The notes under the pieces were generated by a model that saw nothing but the letters and a program-made list of their open reading frames with translations, did no database searches and had not been told where the DNA came from. Below are positions 1 to 12,670 of a stretch of DNA of 64,000 nt, piece by piece (the stretch's first letter is position 1; each line of letters begins with the position of its first letter). The translations under genes and the position numbers were made by a program. This DNA comes from the human T2T-CHM13v2.0 reference genome, Homo sapiens, in the NCBI RefSeq assembly GCF_009914755.1, contig NC_060926.1, one strand, 5' to 3'.

Positions 1-320
1 GTTTAGGGCTGGACATGTGACCCTATCCAGGCTGAGTGCAACTCAATTCTGAGACTTTCGCTGGAAAGACTGGAACAGAGGGGATGGGGCCTGGAGTTGC
101 TGGTGGCCACCTCGGACCCACACAGGCAGAGCTTGCTTGAGAACAAAGCCAACATGCAGGAGGAAGAGGAGGAGAGTTGGATGCATATCAATCCATCCAT
201 AGACAAGGAGCCTGGAGGCATCCTTAGGCCCAGGATGCAGCTCTGCTGCAACAGGAAGCATCTTTGCATTTCCAGGTTACGCCAGGCAACAGACTCCCTC
301 TTTGACTAGTTCAGCCTCTT
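1..320 (+). mobile_element. Old MaLR LTR fragment (MLT1J/K/L-like)
   Basis: Motifs ctggagttgctggtggccacct and gagaacaaagccaacatg resemble MLT1 LTR body; highly diverged. Confidence 0.5.
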
Positions 321-380
321 GGGAAAACATCTTGACCCATTCAGTGCTCAGTACATGCTACAGAAAGACTGTTTTTATGT

Positions 381-2020
381 GCTTATAAGTGAGAACATGC
401 TTTATTCAGTTTACTATTCCTGTGTTAGTTTGCTAAGGATAATGGTTCCAGTTCCATCCATGTCCCTGTGAAGGACATGATGTCATGCTTTTTTAATGGC
501 TGCATAGTATTCCATGCTGTATATGTACCACTTTTTCTTTATCCAGTGTATCACTGATGGGCATTTAGGTTGATACCATGTCTTTGCTATTGTGAATAGT
601 GTTGCAATGAACATACATGTGCATGTGTCTTTATAACAGAATAATTTATATTCCTTTTGGTATATACCCAGTAATAGGATTGCTGGATCTCTAGGTCTTT
701 GAGGAATCACCACATTATCTTCCACAATGGTTGAACTAATTTAGTGTATAAGTGTTCCCTTTTCTCTGCAACCTCATCAGCATCTGTTATTTTTTGACTT
801 TTTAATAGCCATTCTGACTGGTGTGAGATGATATCTCCTTATGGTTTTGATTTGTATTTCTCTAGTGATAAGTGATATTGAGCTTTCTTCATATGCTTGT
901 TGGTTGCATGTATGTTTTCTTTTGAGAAGTGTCTGTGTCTGTTCATGTCCTTTGCCCACCTTTTAATGGGGTTGTTTTCTTCTTGCAATCTTGTTTAAAT
1001 TCTTTATAGATGCTGGATATTAGACCGTTGTCAGGTGCCTAGTTTGCAAAAATTTTCTTCTGTTCTGTAGGTTGTCTGTTTACTCTGTTGATAGTTTCTT
1101 TTGCTGTGTAGAAGTTCTTTAGTTTAATTAGATCCCATTTCTCAATTTTTGCTTTTGTTGCAATTGCTTTTGCTTCATTATGTGTCTTCATTATGAAATC
1201 TTTGCCCGTGCCTACGTCTTGAATGGTATTGCCTAGGTTGTCTTCCAGGTTTTTTATAGTTTTGGGTTTTACATTTAAGTCTTTAATCTATCTTGAGTTA
1301 ATTTTTGTATGTCGTGTAAGGAAGAGGTCTCGTTTCAATCTTCTGCATATGGCTAGTTAATTATCCCAGTAACATTTATTGAATAGGGAATCATTTTCCC
1401 ATTGCTTGTTTTTGTCAGCTTTGTGGAAGGTCAGATAGTGTAGGTGTGTGGCCTTACTGTTGTGTTCTCTGTTCTGTTGCATTAGTCTATTTTGTCTCTT
1501 TCTGTGCCAGTACCATGCTGTTTTGGTTACTGTAGCCCAGTAGTATAGTTCAAAGTTGGGTAGCATGATGGCTCCAGCTTTGTACTTTTTGCTGAGGATT
1601 GCCTTGGCTATTTGGTCTCTTTTTTAGTTATCCATATGAATTTTAAGGTAGTTTTCTCTTCTGTGAAGAATGTCAATGGTAGTTTAATGGGAATAGCATT
1701 GAATCTATAAATTGCTTTGGGCAGCATGGCCATTTTCATGATATTGATTCTTCCTATCCATGAACATGGAATATTTTTCCATTTGTTTGTGTCATCTCTG
1801 ATTTCTTTGAGCAGTGGTTTATAGTTCTCCTTGCAGAGATCTTTCACCTCCCTTGTTAGCTGTATTCCTAGGTATTTTTTTTTTTGTGTGTGTGTGTGTC
1901 AGTTGTGAATGGGAGTTCATTTGTGATTTGGCTCTCAGCTTGACTGTTGTTGGTATATAGGAATGCTAGCGATTTTTGCACATTGATTTTGTGTCATGAG
2001 ACTGCTGAGGTTGCTTATTA
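381..2020 (-). mobile_element. L1 fragment, older primate L1PA (L1PA13-16/L1P4-like), ORF2 3' part
   Basis: Minus-strand ORF pieces translate to L1 ORF2 ([50 protein letters not shown]); multiple frameshifts; no polyA tail. Confidence 0.92.
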
Positions 2021-2034
2021 TACACTGCGGTTGT

Positions 2035-2240
2035 GAGGTTAAATTCCTCCTTTGGGAAACTTCAGTTTTTGCTCTTCAGGCCTTCAGCTGATTGGATGAG
2101 GCTCACCCACATGAAGGAGGGTCATTTGCTTTACTTAGTCTTCTGATTTAAATGTTAATTATATCACACAATACCTCCACAGCAACATTCAGGCTATGCT
2201 TGAGCAAACAACAGGGCACCATAGCCTAGCCAAGTTGACA
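2035..2240 (-). mobile_element. MLT2 (ERVL) LTR fragment
   Basis: ctgattggatgaggctcacccac...gatttaaatgttaat...catagcctagccaagttgaca matches reverse complement of MLT2 5' half. Confidence 0.8.
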
Positions 2241-3614
2241 GTCCAGTGTAAAGTCCATCCTTGATACTTCTGGTAGCCCTGGTCAAGCATTTTCCTCTTT
2301 GGTCTCAGTCTGCCCATGTGTAAGAGAGGTGGCTATATTAGGAAGGTTTCCAGGGCCTTCCAGGTGAAATGTTCCTGCTTCATCCAGGAGACCTGATGAC
2401 CCCAGGTACAGGCAGTAGAAAGTACTTTGTGGGCTCCTGTACAGACCTCTTCCCCAGGGGTTGAGCACCCCCATCTCTGTTTCTGTCAGTGTCTCCCTGA
2501 TTCTTATTCTCCTCTTTGCATTCTGCCATGCACATAGTCCAAGGGGCCACCAGCCCAGCCCCAAATTGGCATGTTATGACAATTCCATCACCCATTACGG
2601 ATTAGCATAGCTGTGTCCCTTAATTCAGATTCCAGGGAGAGACAGTATTTGGTTGCTGGCCAGCCAGCTGGATGGCTGGAGCTGTGTCAGGTACCAACTC
2701 CAGGTTTAACCAGCTCTGGTTGGGAGCAGAATCCTTTGGCCAGCTGCCAGCTCAGCAGGTGCTATGGGAACAGATTCCTGGAGAAAAGCCCCGTGGGGAG
2801 GGAGGCGGCCAGGAGATAGGGGCTGCCCGGGCAGTTCAAATTGACTGATGCGTCCATTACAGTTCCTTTACGCTTAATGATCTGCTGCCTTGCTGTTGTC
2901 ACTGTTGATTTGTTTGGTCTGTGGAGACTGTGTGGACCACATGGCATTAAACCCCACATCAAGGGCACTCATGCTGATCATGACAGCCATGGAAAGGAGT
3001 AGAGAGGAAAATATTTTGAGGGCAAACAGATCAAGAATGAGAAAGCCGCTTTTGCCCTCACTAATGACCCTAAAATTTACTCAATGATCCAGAAACCCTA
3101 AAAGTAAAGCCATTAGTCACAATGTTGTCAGAGTAAAAAGGAAAGAAAGAATAAGCCGTGTGTTATCATTTTAGAATCCATTCCACACAAGTGCCCATTT
3201 CAAACGCCTGAATGCCTGAACCATGCAGGTTGATTTAATTATCGTTTGCCCTGCATGCTATGGAGTCAGCCACATGCCCTGCACACCCCAGCATCAGGGG
3301 ATGGCCTGTGTCAAGCTGAGGGCTCGTGCATTTCCTTTGTGCGCAGGGGCTGGGGCTTTCTTGCCTGCCCAGCTGAGCTGTCCTCCTGTCAGCTTTGAGG
3401 GCAGCGGTGTCCAGTCTCCGACGGTGATGTAGACAGGACCTCCGCATCACTTCTAGGACATCTCTAGGTGGAGAGTGAGAAAGAGAGGGAGAATGCTCAA
3501 ACAGGTTGGGGGGCTCAAGAACACCTCCCGTGAGTGGGGGGCAGCCCACTTGGGGGTGGGAGCACTCCCTGATTTCCTGGTAAGTTGCCGCATAATATGT
3601 AATCATTAGATTAT

Positions 3615-3965
3615 TTGTTTACTTGTTTCTCTCCCCTGATAGACTAAATTCACAGAGGGCAAAGCTCTTGTCTTGACTTTGCAATAATAATAGTTTTCAT
3701 TGGTTGATTGCCTGCTATTGGCCATGTTCTATGTTGAATTCTTTACATATATTAGCTCTAATCTGCATGGTAGATTATCGCTCTTTGACAGACAGGGAAA
3801 TGGAGGCTCCAAGAGGTTAAGTACATTGTCCAAAGTTAGACAGCTGTATGGGACACAGTTGGAATTTAAACTCATGGACTTTTCATCTTTCCAAGAGCCT
3901 CTTACATACGTGATGTCTGCACCATACTGAGTATTAAATACATACCTGTGGAATGAATGAAGATA
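3615..3965 (+). mobile_element. L2 3' end, split by a MIR
   Basis: tagactaaattcacagagggcaaag...cttgtcttg on the left and tgtggaatgaatgaa L2 terminus on the right. Confidence 0.55.
3684..3890 (-). mobile_element. MIR SINE
   Basis: Core acagggaaatggaggctccaagaggttaagtacattgtccaaagttagacagct. Confidence 0.8.
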
Positions 3966-4112
3966 TACGCAGCTGCTTCTCTTCCTCTTCTCTATGGCTC
4001 CTCTATGGCCTGTTGAACTTTGGGAGACAAGGTTGGCTGTTGGCAAAATTTGAAAATCTGCCCTCCCTTTCTTTGTGTCTTTCCTATTTTGCAAGCTACC
4101 ATTCCGGACCTA

Positions 4113-4335
4113 GAAGCAACACAATGTAGTGGAAAGAACACTCAATTTGGATTTCAACAGAGCTGGCTTGGAACCCTGGCTCCACCGAAAGCTCTCTGGA
4201 GTTATTTAACCTCTTTGAACCTCAGGTTCCCTGTCTATATAATGAGAATAACAGCACCCATGGCAGAAACATGGCGAGGATTTGGTGGCACAAGGATGTA
4301 AGTGGCACCTGGGCACTGGGCTCAGAGGTGGTATT
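4113..4335 (+). mobile_element. MIR SINE
   Basis: gtagtggaaagaacact...gttatttaacctctttgaacctcaggttccctgtctatataatgagaataacag. Confidence 0.75.
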
Positions 4336-4552
4336 CAGGAAGTGGAAGTTCCCCCATTTTCCCCCAGCCACCTTCATGCCTGATCTCTGCCCCACTCTTG
4401 GGCTTTAGAGACACGTGCTGGGGTCTTGGTTCCTGGAAAGATAAAGTGCTACAAAAATTAAATTCTAGAAAATCCTACAGAAAACTAGAAAACTCGGTTC
4501 TCTGAACTTTAGTCATTAAAAGTGTCACACGCAAGGGATGAAAGATTTTAAT

Positions 4553-4940
4553 TTGATTCAATTCAGTTCTGTTCTGCAGACACTGGCGCCACAGCCCCTG
4601 CAGTAGGCAATGAGCTGGCCTGAGGACACAGAACTCCTGTCTCAAGGTGTTCACACTCAGCTCTGGGGGAAAGACAGCTATGAAGCAAATAGTTTGAAAT
4701 GTAGAACCCTTGGGTACAACAGAGAACTGTGTAGTAGGTCCCAAAGCGGCACAATGGGAGCAGGGGCACAGAAGGGCAGAGAGCCAGGGGAGGCCTCTCA
4801 GAGGATGAAATGAATAAGGTGAGTATTAAGGGATGAATAGGTGTTTACCTGCTAGGAGAGGAGGTAGGAAAGTCACAGGAACCAGCCTGTGAAAGAGATG
4901 GAGAGGCCACACTGTTTGATGGAAGGGCTGGAGAACAATT
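4553..4940 (-). mobile_element. L2 3' region
   Basis: attcaattca terminus, cctgtctcaaggtgttcacactcag, ttaagggatgaataggtgtttacc. Confidence 0.65.
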
Positions 4941-5167
4941 TTGTAGCATTCTATGCACAGTTGCTGGGGAGTTCTCCAAAATTCACCCATCTTCAGCACA
5001 GTTTGAGAACCCTGTGGGCCAGTATGTTCAGGGAAGACTTCCTGGATAATGCTGTCTCTGCTAATTTAGAAGGCATCATTTCTGCCCTAGATAATGCTAG
5101 GATAAGGCTTACATATTTTACAAGTTTTTCCTCCTCCCCCTCTTTTTCACACATAGCATTATAGAGT

Positions 5168-5345
5168 GATTCATTCCTTTGTTCAAAAACCATATTTTAA
5201 TAGCTCCTGGGATGTGCCAGGCCCTGTGTATGTGTTGGTTCTGCAGAGCTAAAACCCATAAAAATTATTCTCAGTCCAGTGGGAGAGTTGCTGTTGTCAG
5301 CAGATAATTAAAATGCCAGTGGCACTGGCTAGAATGGAGGGGCCC
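5168..5345 (-). mobile_element. L2 3' end fragment
   Basis: attcattcctttgttcaaaaac...atgtgccaggccctgtg. Confidence 0.55.
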
Positions 5346-5521
5346 AGAGGGCCTACTATGTGCCTACTGCTAGTGGTACTCACAAGACTGAGCAGAATCT
5401 TCAAAGTCTTTGGTGGAAGGGTGCTTTAGCTTAAATTCAAGTTATATGCAAATTGCCTTATCTACTCACAAAATCAGTTTTTGGAAAAAGGTGGTGAGGA
5501 GGTTTCAATGGGTGAGTAGGA

Positions 5522-5740
5522 GGTAATGTTTATTAGGTACCTACAGCAGGGCCCTCTTACAGCTGGGATTTCATTTAACAGCTTTAAGAGGTAGGTATTG
5601 TTAGCCCCATTTTCCAGAAGAGAAACAGGAAACACAGAGGTTAAGTGACTAGTCCAAAGTCACACAATTAGTAAATGTGCCAGCCAGAATTTCGACGTAG
5701 GTTGGACTGACGTGAGAGCCCAACTCTTAGAGTATACCAT
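5522..5740 (-). mobile_element. MIR SINE
   Basis: gaggtaggtattgttagccccattttccagaagagaaac...cacagaggttaagtgactagtccaaagtcacaca. Confidence 0.8.
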
Positions 5741-5774
5741 AAAGGTGGCCCTTGTCCTAACCTGCTCTGCCTAA

Positions 5775-6268
5775 GGCTGTAACCTGTAGCTCCAAGTGAC
5801 CATTGGGCACTTGAAATGTGGCCAGGGTGACCAAACTGAATTTTTACTTTTTTGGAATTTTAATTAATCAAAATTTTAAATTAAAAACAAATACTCCTTT
5901 AATTGTTGGAGAACTTTTATGTCTGAACAACTTGGGCATGTGAATCTACTCTTTCAGCTATAAATTTGATGAACTCTAAGTATGTCTGATGCAAATTTAG
6001 TGTTTGCATCCCGATGCACTGTAAGTGCAGATTTGGAAGACACGTTGATTATATATTGGAAGGCAGCTATGCTCACCACTCTACCACCAACGCCATGTTA
6101 ATTATATATTGAAGGGAGAATATGTTGGCTATATTGGGTTAAATAAAAAATATTTAAAAGATTTATTTCACCTGTTTCTTTTCAGTTTTTAAAATGTGGC
6201 TACTAGAATATTTAAAATGAAGTATGTGTCTTGCATTCTACTTCTGTTGGATGGTTGGATGGTGCTGC
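5775..6268. mobile_element. hAT-Charlie DNA transposon relic (Charlie1/MER33/MER3-like)
   Basis: gcacttgaaatgtggcc...actgaattttta and gttaaataaaa...aatgtggctactagaatatttaaaat terminal motifs. Confidence 0.75.
6056..6093 (-). pseudogene. 5'-half tRNA-Gly(TCC) tailless retropseudogene
   Basis: Reverse complement gcgttggtggtagagtggtgagcatagctgccttccaa equals nt 1-38 of vertebrate tRNA-Gly-TCC as recalled, with 1 mismatch; flanked by direct repeats 6041-6058 and 6094-6111. Confidence 0.9.
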
Positions 6269-6356
6269 TTTATGCTAGAGTTTCAAATAATTGAATAAAC
6301 TTTGTCAGGGTTACTGTACGCAGAACAAGATAGTAATCAAATACATTCTAAAAACT

Positions 6357-6723
6357 CTTTCTTTCTTCTTTCTCTCTCTTCCTTTCTCCCTCTTTCTTTC
6401 TTTCTTCTTTCTTTCTTTTTCTTTTTCTTTTTTTTTTTATCGGCTCTTGCTTTGTTCTCCAGGCTACAGTGCAGTGGTGCAATCATAGCTAAGTACAGCC
6501 TGATCTTCTGGGCTCAATTGATCCTCCTGCTTCAGCCTCCTGAGCAGCTGGGACTACTGGTATATGCAACCGTGCCCAGCTAATTAAAAAAAATTTTTTT
6601 TTTTGTAGAAATGAGGTCTCACTGTGTTGCCCAGGCTGGTCTTGAACTCCTGAGCTCAACCTATTCTCCTGCCCTGACCTCACAAAGTGCTGGGATTACA
6701 GGTGCGAACTACTACACTCAGCC
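6357..6723 (-). mobile_element. AluJ with tail expanded into CT-rich low-complexity tract
   Basis: Dimeric Alu with J diagnostics (ctgggctcaattgatcctcc, ctcctgagctcaa); pyrimidine tract 6357-6438. Confidence 0.92.
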
Positions 6724-8319
6724 AAAAATATATTTATTTTTCTACTCTCAGCTGATCTCCCTAGCCTTTAAGGCATTGGAATTGGGAGGCCCACCCTGTT
6801 TTACATGCATGTTTCAGAGCGGGTGAGTGTACTATGGCACCAGATGCAGAACAAATTAGGAGGTGGTGAGACTGGTGATGCCTGGGAGGTAGACAGGGGA
6901 AGGAGATAAATTGATAATGAGTCTAGTTGTGGTCCTAGAGACAGTTTTTGACAGCAGCTTTAAAAAAACTGGGTGATCCATGCCCGTACATACAGAGGAG
7001 CCCAAAGCAAAAGTCGCCGGGCCCAGAAGGTCTAAGAGCATAACTGATTCCATAAACTAGACGTGGCTATTCCAGCTGATTCCAGGGCTTTATTTTTGTC
7101 TGAGTCTGTTATTACAAAGGTTTTCTGTCTGATTTCTTCATTACTACTCTGTGAAGCTCAGATTTAATATTTGAAGTCTGAATTTTCCCTTCAGACCAGA
7201 CTTCACTGGCAAAGTAATACCGACGCATTTGAGGGGAGGGAGGGTGATGAGATGAGGTACACTGTAAATTTAATGAAGAAAACACACATGATATTGAGTG
7301 AGAGTTGAGTTATTTTGATAATTGTTGGGGGGGTGAAATAGAATTGTGGCTGGTATTTTGATTCCTTTTTGATGCTGTTTTAGTATTTTTCTGAGGTTTG
7401 CCTCTCTAGCATTATTAAAGCTGTTGTTCAGGATTTTGATGTCTGCACTTTAATAGTTTTTCTTCTGAGGCTGGAGAGAGAAAGAGAGAGAGTGCAAATT
7501 AATTTTGGAGTAAGAGTGACTTTAGACCCTAAGCATTAGAGGATTTGATATATTTGTGGTTTCAACTATTTATTTGCAAAGCACCCTGAAAGCCCTTAAC
7601 ACACGATGAATGGTCATTTTTAGAGACAAAAATTTGAATATTGATTGTCGTGAGGCCGGCACAGAGGAGCTGGTGAGTGAACCTAGCCACATCCGGAACA
7701 GCCACTGCTCTCTTAGGTCTTGGTGGTTTTTGCTCAGTTTTGAGTATGTGATAATCTTCACTAAGGGTTTAAGAAGCTATTTAAGTATCTCAAATATGCT
7801 GCGTGCATTTAATGGGGACATTGTGTGCTGTGGGTGTTCAGAGGTTTGGCAACTATCAAACGTTTCAGGAGACCCTCGTGAACATCCAGTATCAGTTGGA
7901 ATTGGAAGACTTTGGGAAACTCTGGACTGATGGTGTGGCTGCAACAGCTTTCATATTGCTTTTCTAGAAGATTCCAGAGAAAGTTGGCCAAATCCAGAGA
8001 AAGCAATTACACAGAGTGAAAACTGAACTGGGCAAGGAGTGGGGGAACAATAAAGTGTTGAAATTGGACTTGGGTGGTGGAGGCCCCAGGAAGGCTTTTG
8101 CTGTTTTGGTGCTGCCACCATCCTGACTGTGTCTGGAGGGATGTTGTGTTGAGTATTACCACCTTTTCTGGGCTGGCCGTAACTGAAGGTGCAGGCAGCT
8201 TTCTCCTGTCTACCGACCATTTATCCTAGGGGCTTACCTTAATCACAGTGACGATGACACTACTTCCTGTTCTGTAAGCTTTCTGGTTCGGCATCTTTAG
8301 ACCTTCGCCACGCTGCTTG

Positions 8320-8393
8320 TTCATTTGTTCAATTTTTTTACTCATTTATTTATTTATTCAACAAACATTTACTGATTTCCTATCATGTGCCAG
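8320..8393 (-). mobile_element. L2 extreme 3' end
   Basis: ttattcaacaaacatttactga...atgtgccag. Confidence 0.65.
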
Positions 8394-9582
8394 ATCAACC
8401 TGACCACACAGGGACATTTCTTGCCATGTCTAGTTCTGAGGTTCTTTTATTCCTTTAATAAATACTAAAGCAATTTCAATAGCCATACAGCAAGCACTAC
8501 AGTGGTGCTAGGTTCTGTGGAAGACTTGGGTTCTCCACGAGATGTTGATTAGATTTTGCTCTTTTCCCACCTCCTCATCTACTGTGTCCTTTTCATAGTT
8601 TTCAGGTCATCAGTTGGTCAACCAGTCTTTTTATATCATTGTTTTTATTTTACATTCCTTTAAAAAGATTAGTCAGGAAGATACATTGCAATTGAAACAT
8701 GGTTAAAAAAAATGGAAGGAAAACAGTGGAAAGGAATGGAACCAGAGGAATAGTTCTCACTGAAAATACATCCAGGAGGTTCAGATGATTTTCTAGAGGT
8801 GGACTAAACTATAGCTCTATGTTTTTCTAAGCACTCACTCAAGAGGAAGACACAATCACTAGCACTGTATAGTTACAGGATTTATGGAATTTCAAGAGAT
8901 TCCTCATCAATCAGTGATTCAGGAGAGGCGTAAAGACCCCTGGCTCCAGTGACTCCAGTGGGTACTTCTAAAGGCTCCTCACTTCCAGGGCCACATCATC
9001 AAACCATTCTTACAAGAACACGAGGAGGAGTGTCTTGCACAGGACTATTCTGTCTTGCATCCTTGGCACTGGCTGTGGGCACATCATCTAAGCTCAACTC
9101 AGTAAAGGGAGTTAACATTGTACCCAGCAATGAGGCCCAGGCATGCAGCAGTCTGGTCTTAGACTTCCTCCGAAAGTAACATCTTAGCACATCTGAAGCA
9201 GGAGGGATAAACCCGAATGCCTCCAGGGTGTGGCAGGCAGTTGCTGTGTGTGATAGCAGGAAGGCAGGCCGGTGGGGAGCTGGTGAGTACCAGCTCTGGT
9301 AAGGGCATTCCACTCCCACTTACAAAGACCACAAAGACCCAACTAAATACTCCGAGGACCAAGTTCAGCCTTGGGCTGCCAGTTCATGAGTTCTGATCTA
9401 CAAAAATAAATAGGCTGACAAGTTTTCATAAATATTGTTTTCTATAGCTGAGCTATTGGTAAATATTGGGCAGAAAGAGTTCAAGTTCTTGCTGTTTGAT
9501 AAGTACTGAGAAATTGGTTAGCACAAGCAGCCTTGTAATTAATAAATCCTTAAAATGAATTTTGCATATTGGGACTGCATAT

Positions 9583-9825
9583 GCTCTGGCATACTGTTAT
9601 GCTCTGGAGTTATACCTTGAAATAAAATAGAATCCCTGCCTTCATGGAAATCAAGTCATGCATGTGAAAAATACATAAAATGGGGTGTGATGCAGTAAGT
9701 ATGTACCAGGGAGGCACAGAGGAGGGGTGGGAATAGCACCAGACTATTGGGTCTAGAGGTCAGGAAGTCAGAGGGTCAGGGGTCAGGGATCAGAGAAGGC
9801 TTCATCCAGGAAGAAGGAGGAAGGC
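9583..9825 (-). mobile_element. L2 fragment
   Basis: tccctgccttcatggaa...gcacagaggagggg...atcagagaaggcttc. Confidence 0.55.
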
Positions 9826-11164
9826 AGCTGGGTCATGGTAAAATAAACACCCTCCACTCCAATATCTGTTTTTACTTGCCATCCTGGGTGCCAAGAAGAC
9901 TGGGAGGTGTGACTGAGGAAAGGCCATCTTCTTGTGGCAGCCAGGGCCCCTCCTGGTGCCACCTGGCTGAAGCAGAAGAGGGGCTCGGGAACCGTCCTGG
10001 ACAAGCCTTCAGGGTGAGCCAGTGGCTCAGGAACCCTGGGCTCCACCCTTTGGGATGGCACCGGAGGGGCTACATTTTCCCATCTCCATTTTCATCCTTC
10101 TTTTTCTTCCTCCCACTCTCTTTCCTCCACAGCACTGAGCTTGCAGATGTTGACTCAGGAATGACACAAGGGTGGCCCAAGGGTCTCCATACCCCTCCCT
10201 GACATCTTCCGGGAGAGCAGTGGGCTGGCAGGTCTTCAGCATCAGGAGGAGCGCAGTGCAATCTCGGAAATACTCCGAGGCTATTGTTAGAAACCTTAGA
10301 CGATGTTCTGAAACTGTGTGCGGAACTGTCTGGAAAAGGCAGATATCTCCCTGCCCCCACAACCCTCCAGCAAACCCACATGGCCTTCGTGGAAAGGTGG
10401 CACAAAGGACAGGCAGGGGAGGCTCAGTTCCGTTCCTGAGTGGCTTTCACCTGTCTATATGTGGACCCTGCTGTTCTGAGCTGTCCAGCATCTGACTTGC
10501 CCCTGCTATGTGTGGGGAATTCCCCACCTTGTGGATCCAGGCCCACTTCCCATAATTGAAGCTGGACATGCTGCTTCTCTTCTTCCCACCTCCCTCAGTA
10601 CCAGCGTAAGGCATGGAACTTAGGCTTGGCCAGTCCTGAGGTTACCCAGGGTTTGAATGGTAGTCAGGGACTGCATCTGCGGTGGTGAAGACAGTGGGGC
10701 TGTAGGCGGTGTGTGCTGGGCCAGGGCAATGCCCTGGGTCAGTGGCTGGGGGGAGGCCCCAGCCTGGGTCTGCGGGATGAACTTGGGCTTTGCTTCTGGT
10801 TGCAAAGCCTCAGAGTGCTTCTCTATCCCCTCTTGAGTGGTTTTCCATCTCTTCCTGTCAATCAGCCTATATACTTATTTTTCTTTAAATCAGACGCAAA
10901 ATTCATTCTAAAAGCTGAAAAAAGTGTGGCAGTTTGGAAGTTGCTTTAGCACATTTAAATCAAGTGAGAAATCGCAAACTCCTAACTGGGACATATATGC
11001 AGTGCATCATCTTTCATCAACTTTGAACTTACTTATTAAAGAAAGAAGAGAACATTCAGATAAAACAATAGTGAATATAAAAATATAATAAAGATGAGCT
11101 ATGAAACCAATAGGCTTTTTTTTTCTGACAGCTGGAAGCCATTTGCATCCAAACCCAATATATT

Positions 11165-11230
11165 TTCTAATAAATATTCTCTTTGCTTAAAGCAGCGAGG
11201 TTCAGTTTCTGTCACTTATAACCAAGAACC
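11165..11230 (+). mobile_element. MLT1 LTR 3' end
   Basis: aataaatattctctttgcttaa...tttctgtcacttataaccaagaa. Confidence 0.55.
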
Positions 11231-11282
11231 ATGGGCGATAGAGTCTCCTTCCTCATCTGGGGGTTGTGGTTGAGTGGAAAGA

Positions 11283-11417
11283 AACTCAATTTTCTCATTG
11301 TAAAGTGGGAATGATAATAGCAGCCACTTCATAGCGTGGTTGGGAAGATTAAATCAGATCAAATAAGACAGTCTTAGAACATGATTGTCACATAGTAAAT
11401 AATACATGTTAACTGTC
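11283..11417 (+). mobile_element. MIR SINE 3' part
   Basis: ctcaattttctcattgtaaagtgggaatgataatag...gttgggaagattaaat. Confidence 0.7.
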
Positions 11418-11439
11418 AGAACTAATAACTTCTGGGTTT

Positions 11440-12499
<1,060 letters not shown>

Positions 12500-12670
12500 A
12501 CTTCTGGGTTTCAAATTTGATCAACAAATTTTTAAACAAACATTTAGACTCTCTGGTCTCACAGTTCTCTGCAAGGTGGGAGTAATATCTGCTGTATCTA
12601 TCTTATAATTAATGTGAATGGCAAACAAATGATGGAATGGGGAAATGCTTTGCAAAAGCATAAAATTCAA
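12500..12670 (+). mobile_element. MIR SINE (target of the L1 insertion)
   Basis: ctgggtttcaaat...ctctctggtctcacagttctctgcaaggtgggagtaata...gaaatgctttgcaaa. Confidence 0.55.

Noticed and set aside
6056-6093. Functional tRNA-Gly gene
   Set aside because: Only the 5' 38 nt; no T-arm/B-box, acceptor 3' strand or terminator
7170-7206. Small hairpin tgaagtctg…cagacttca (also ctcgga…tccgag near 10263 and tgtccc…gggaca near 47008)
   Set aside because: Stems of 6-9 bp are expected by chance in 64 kb
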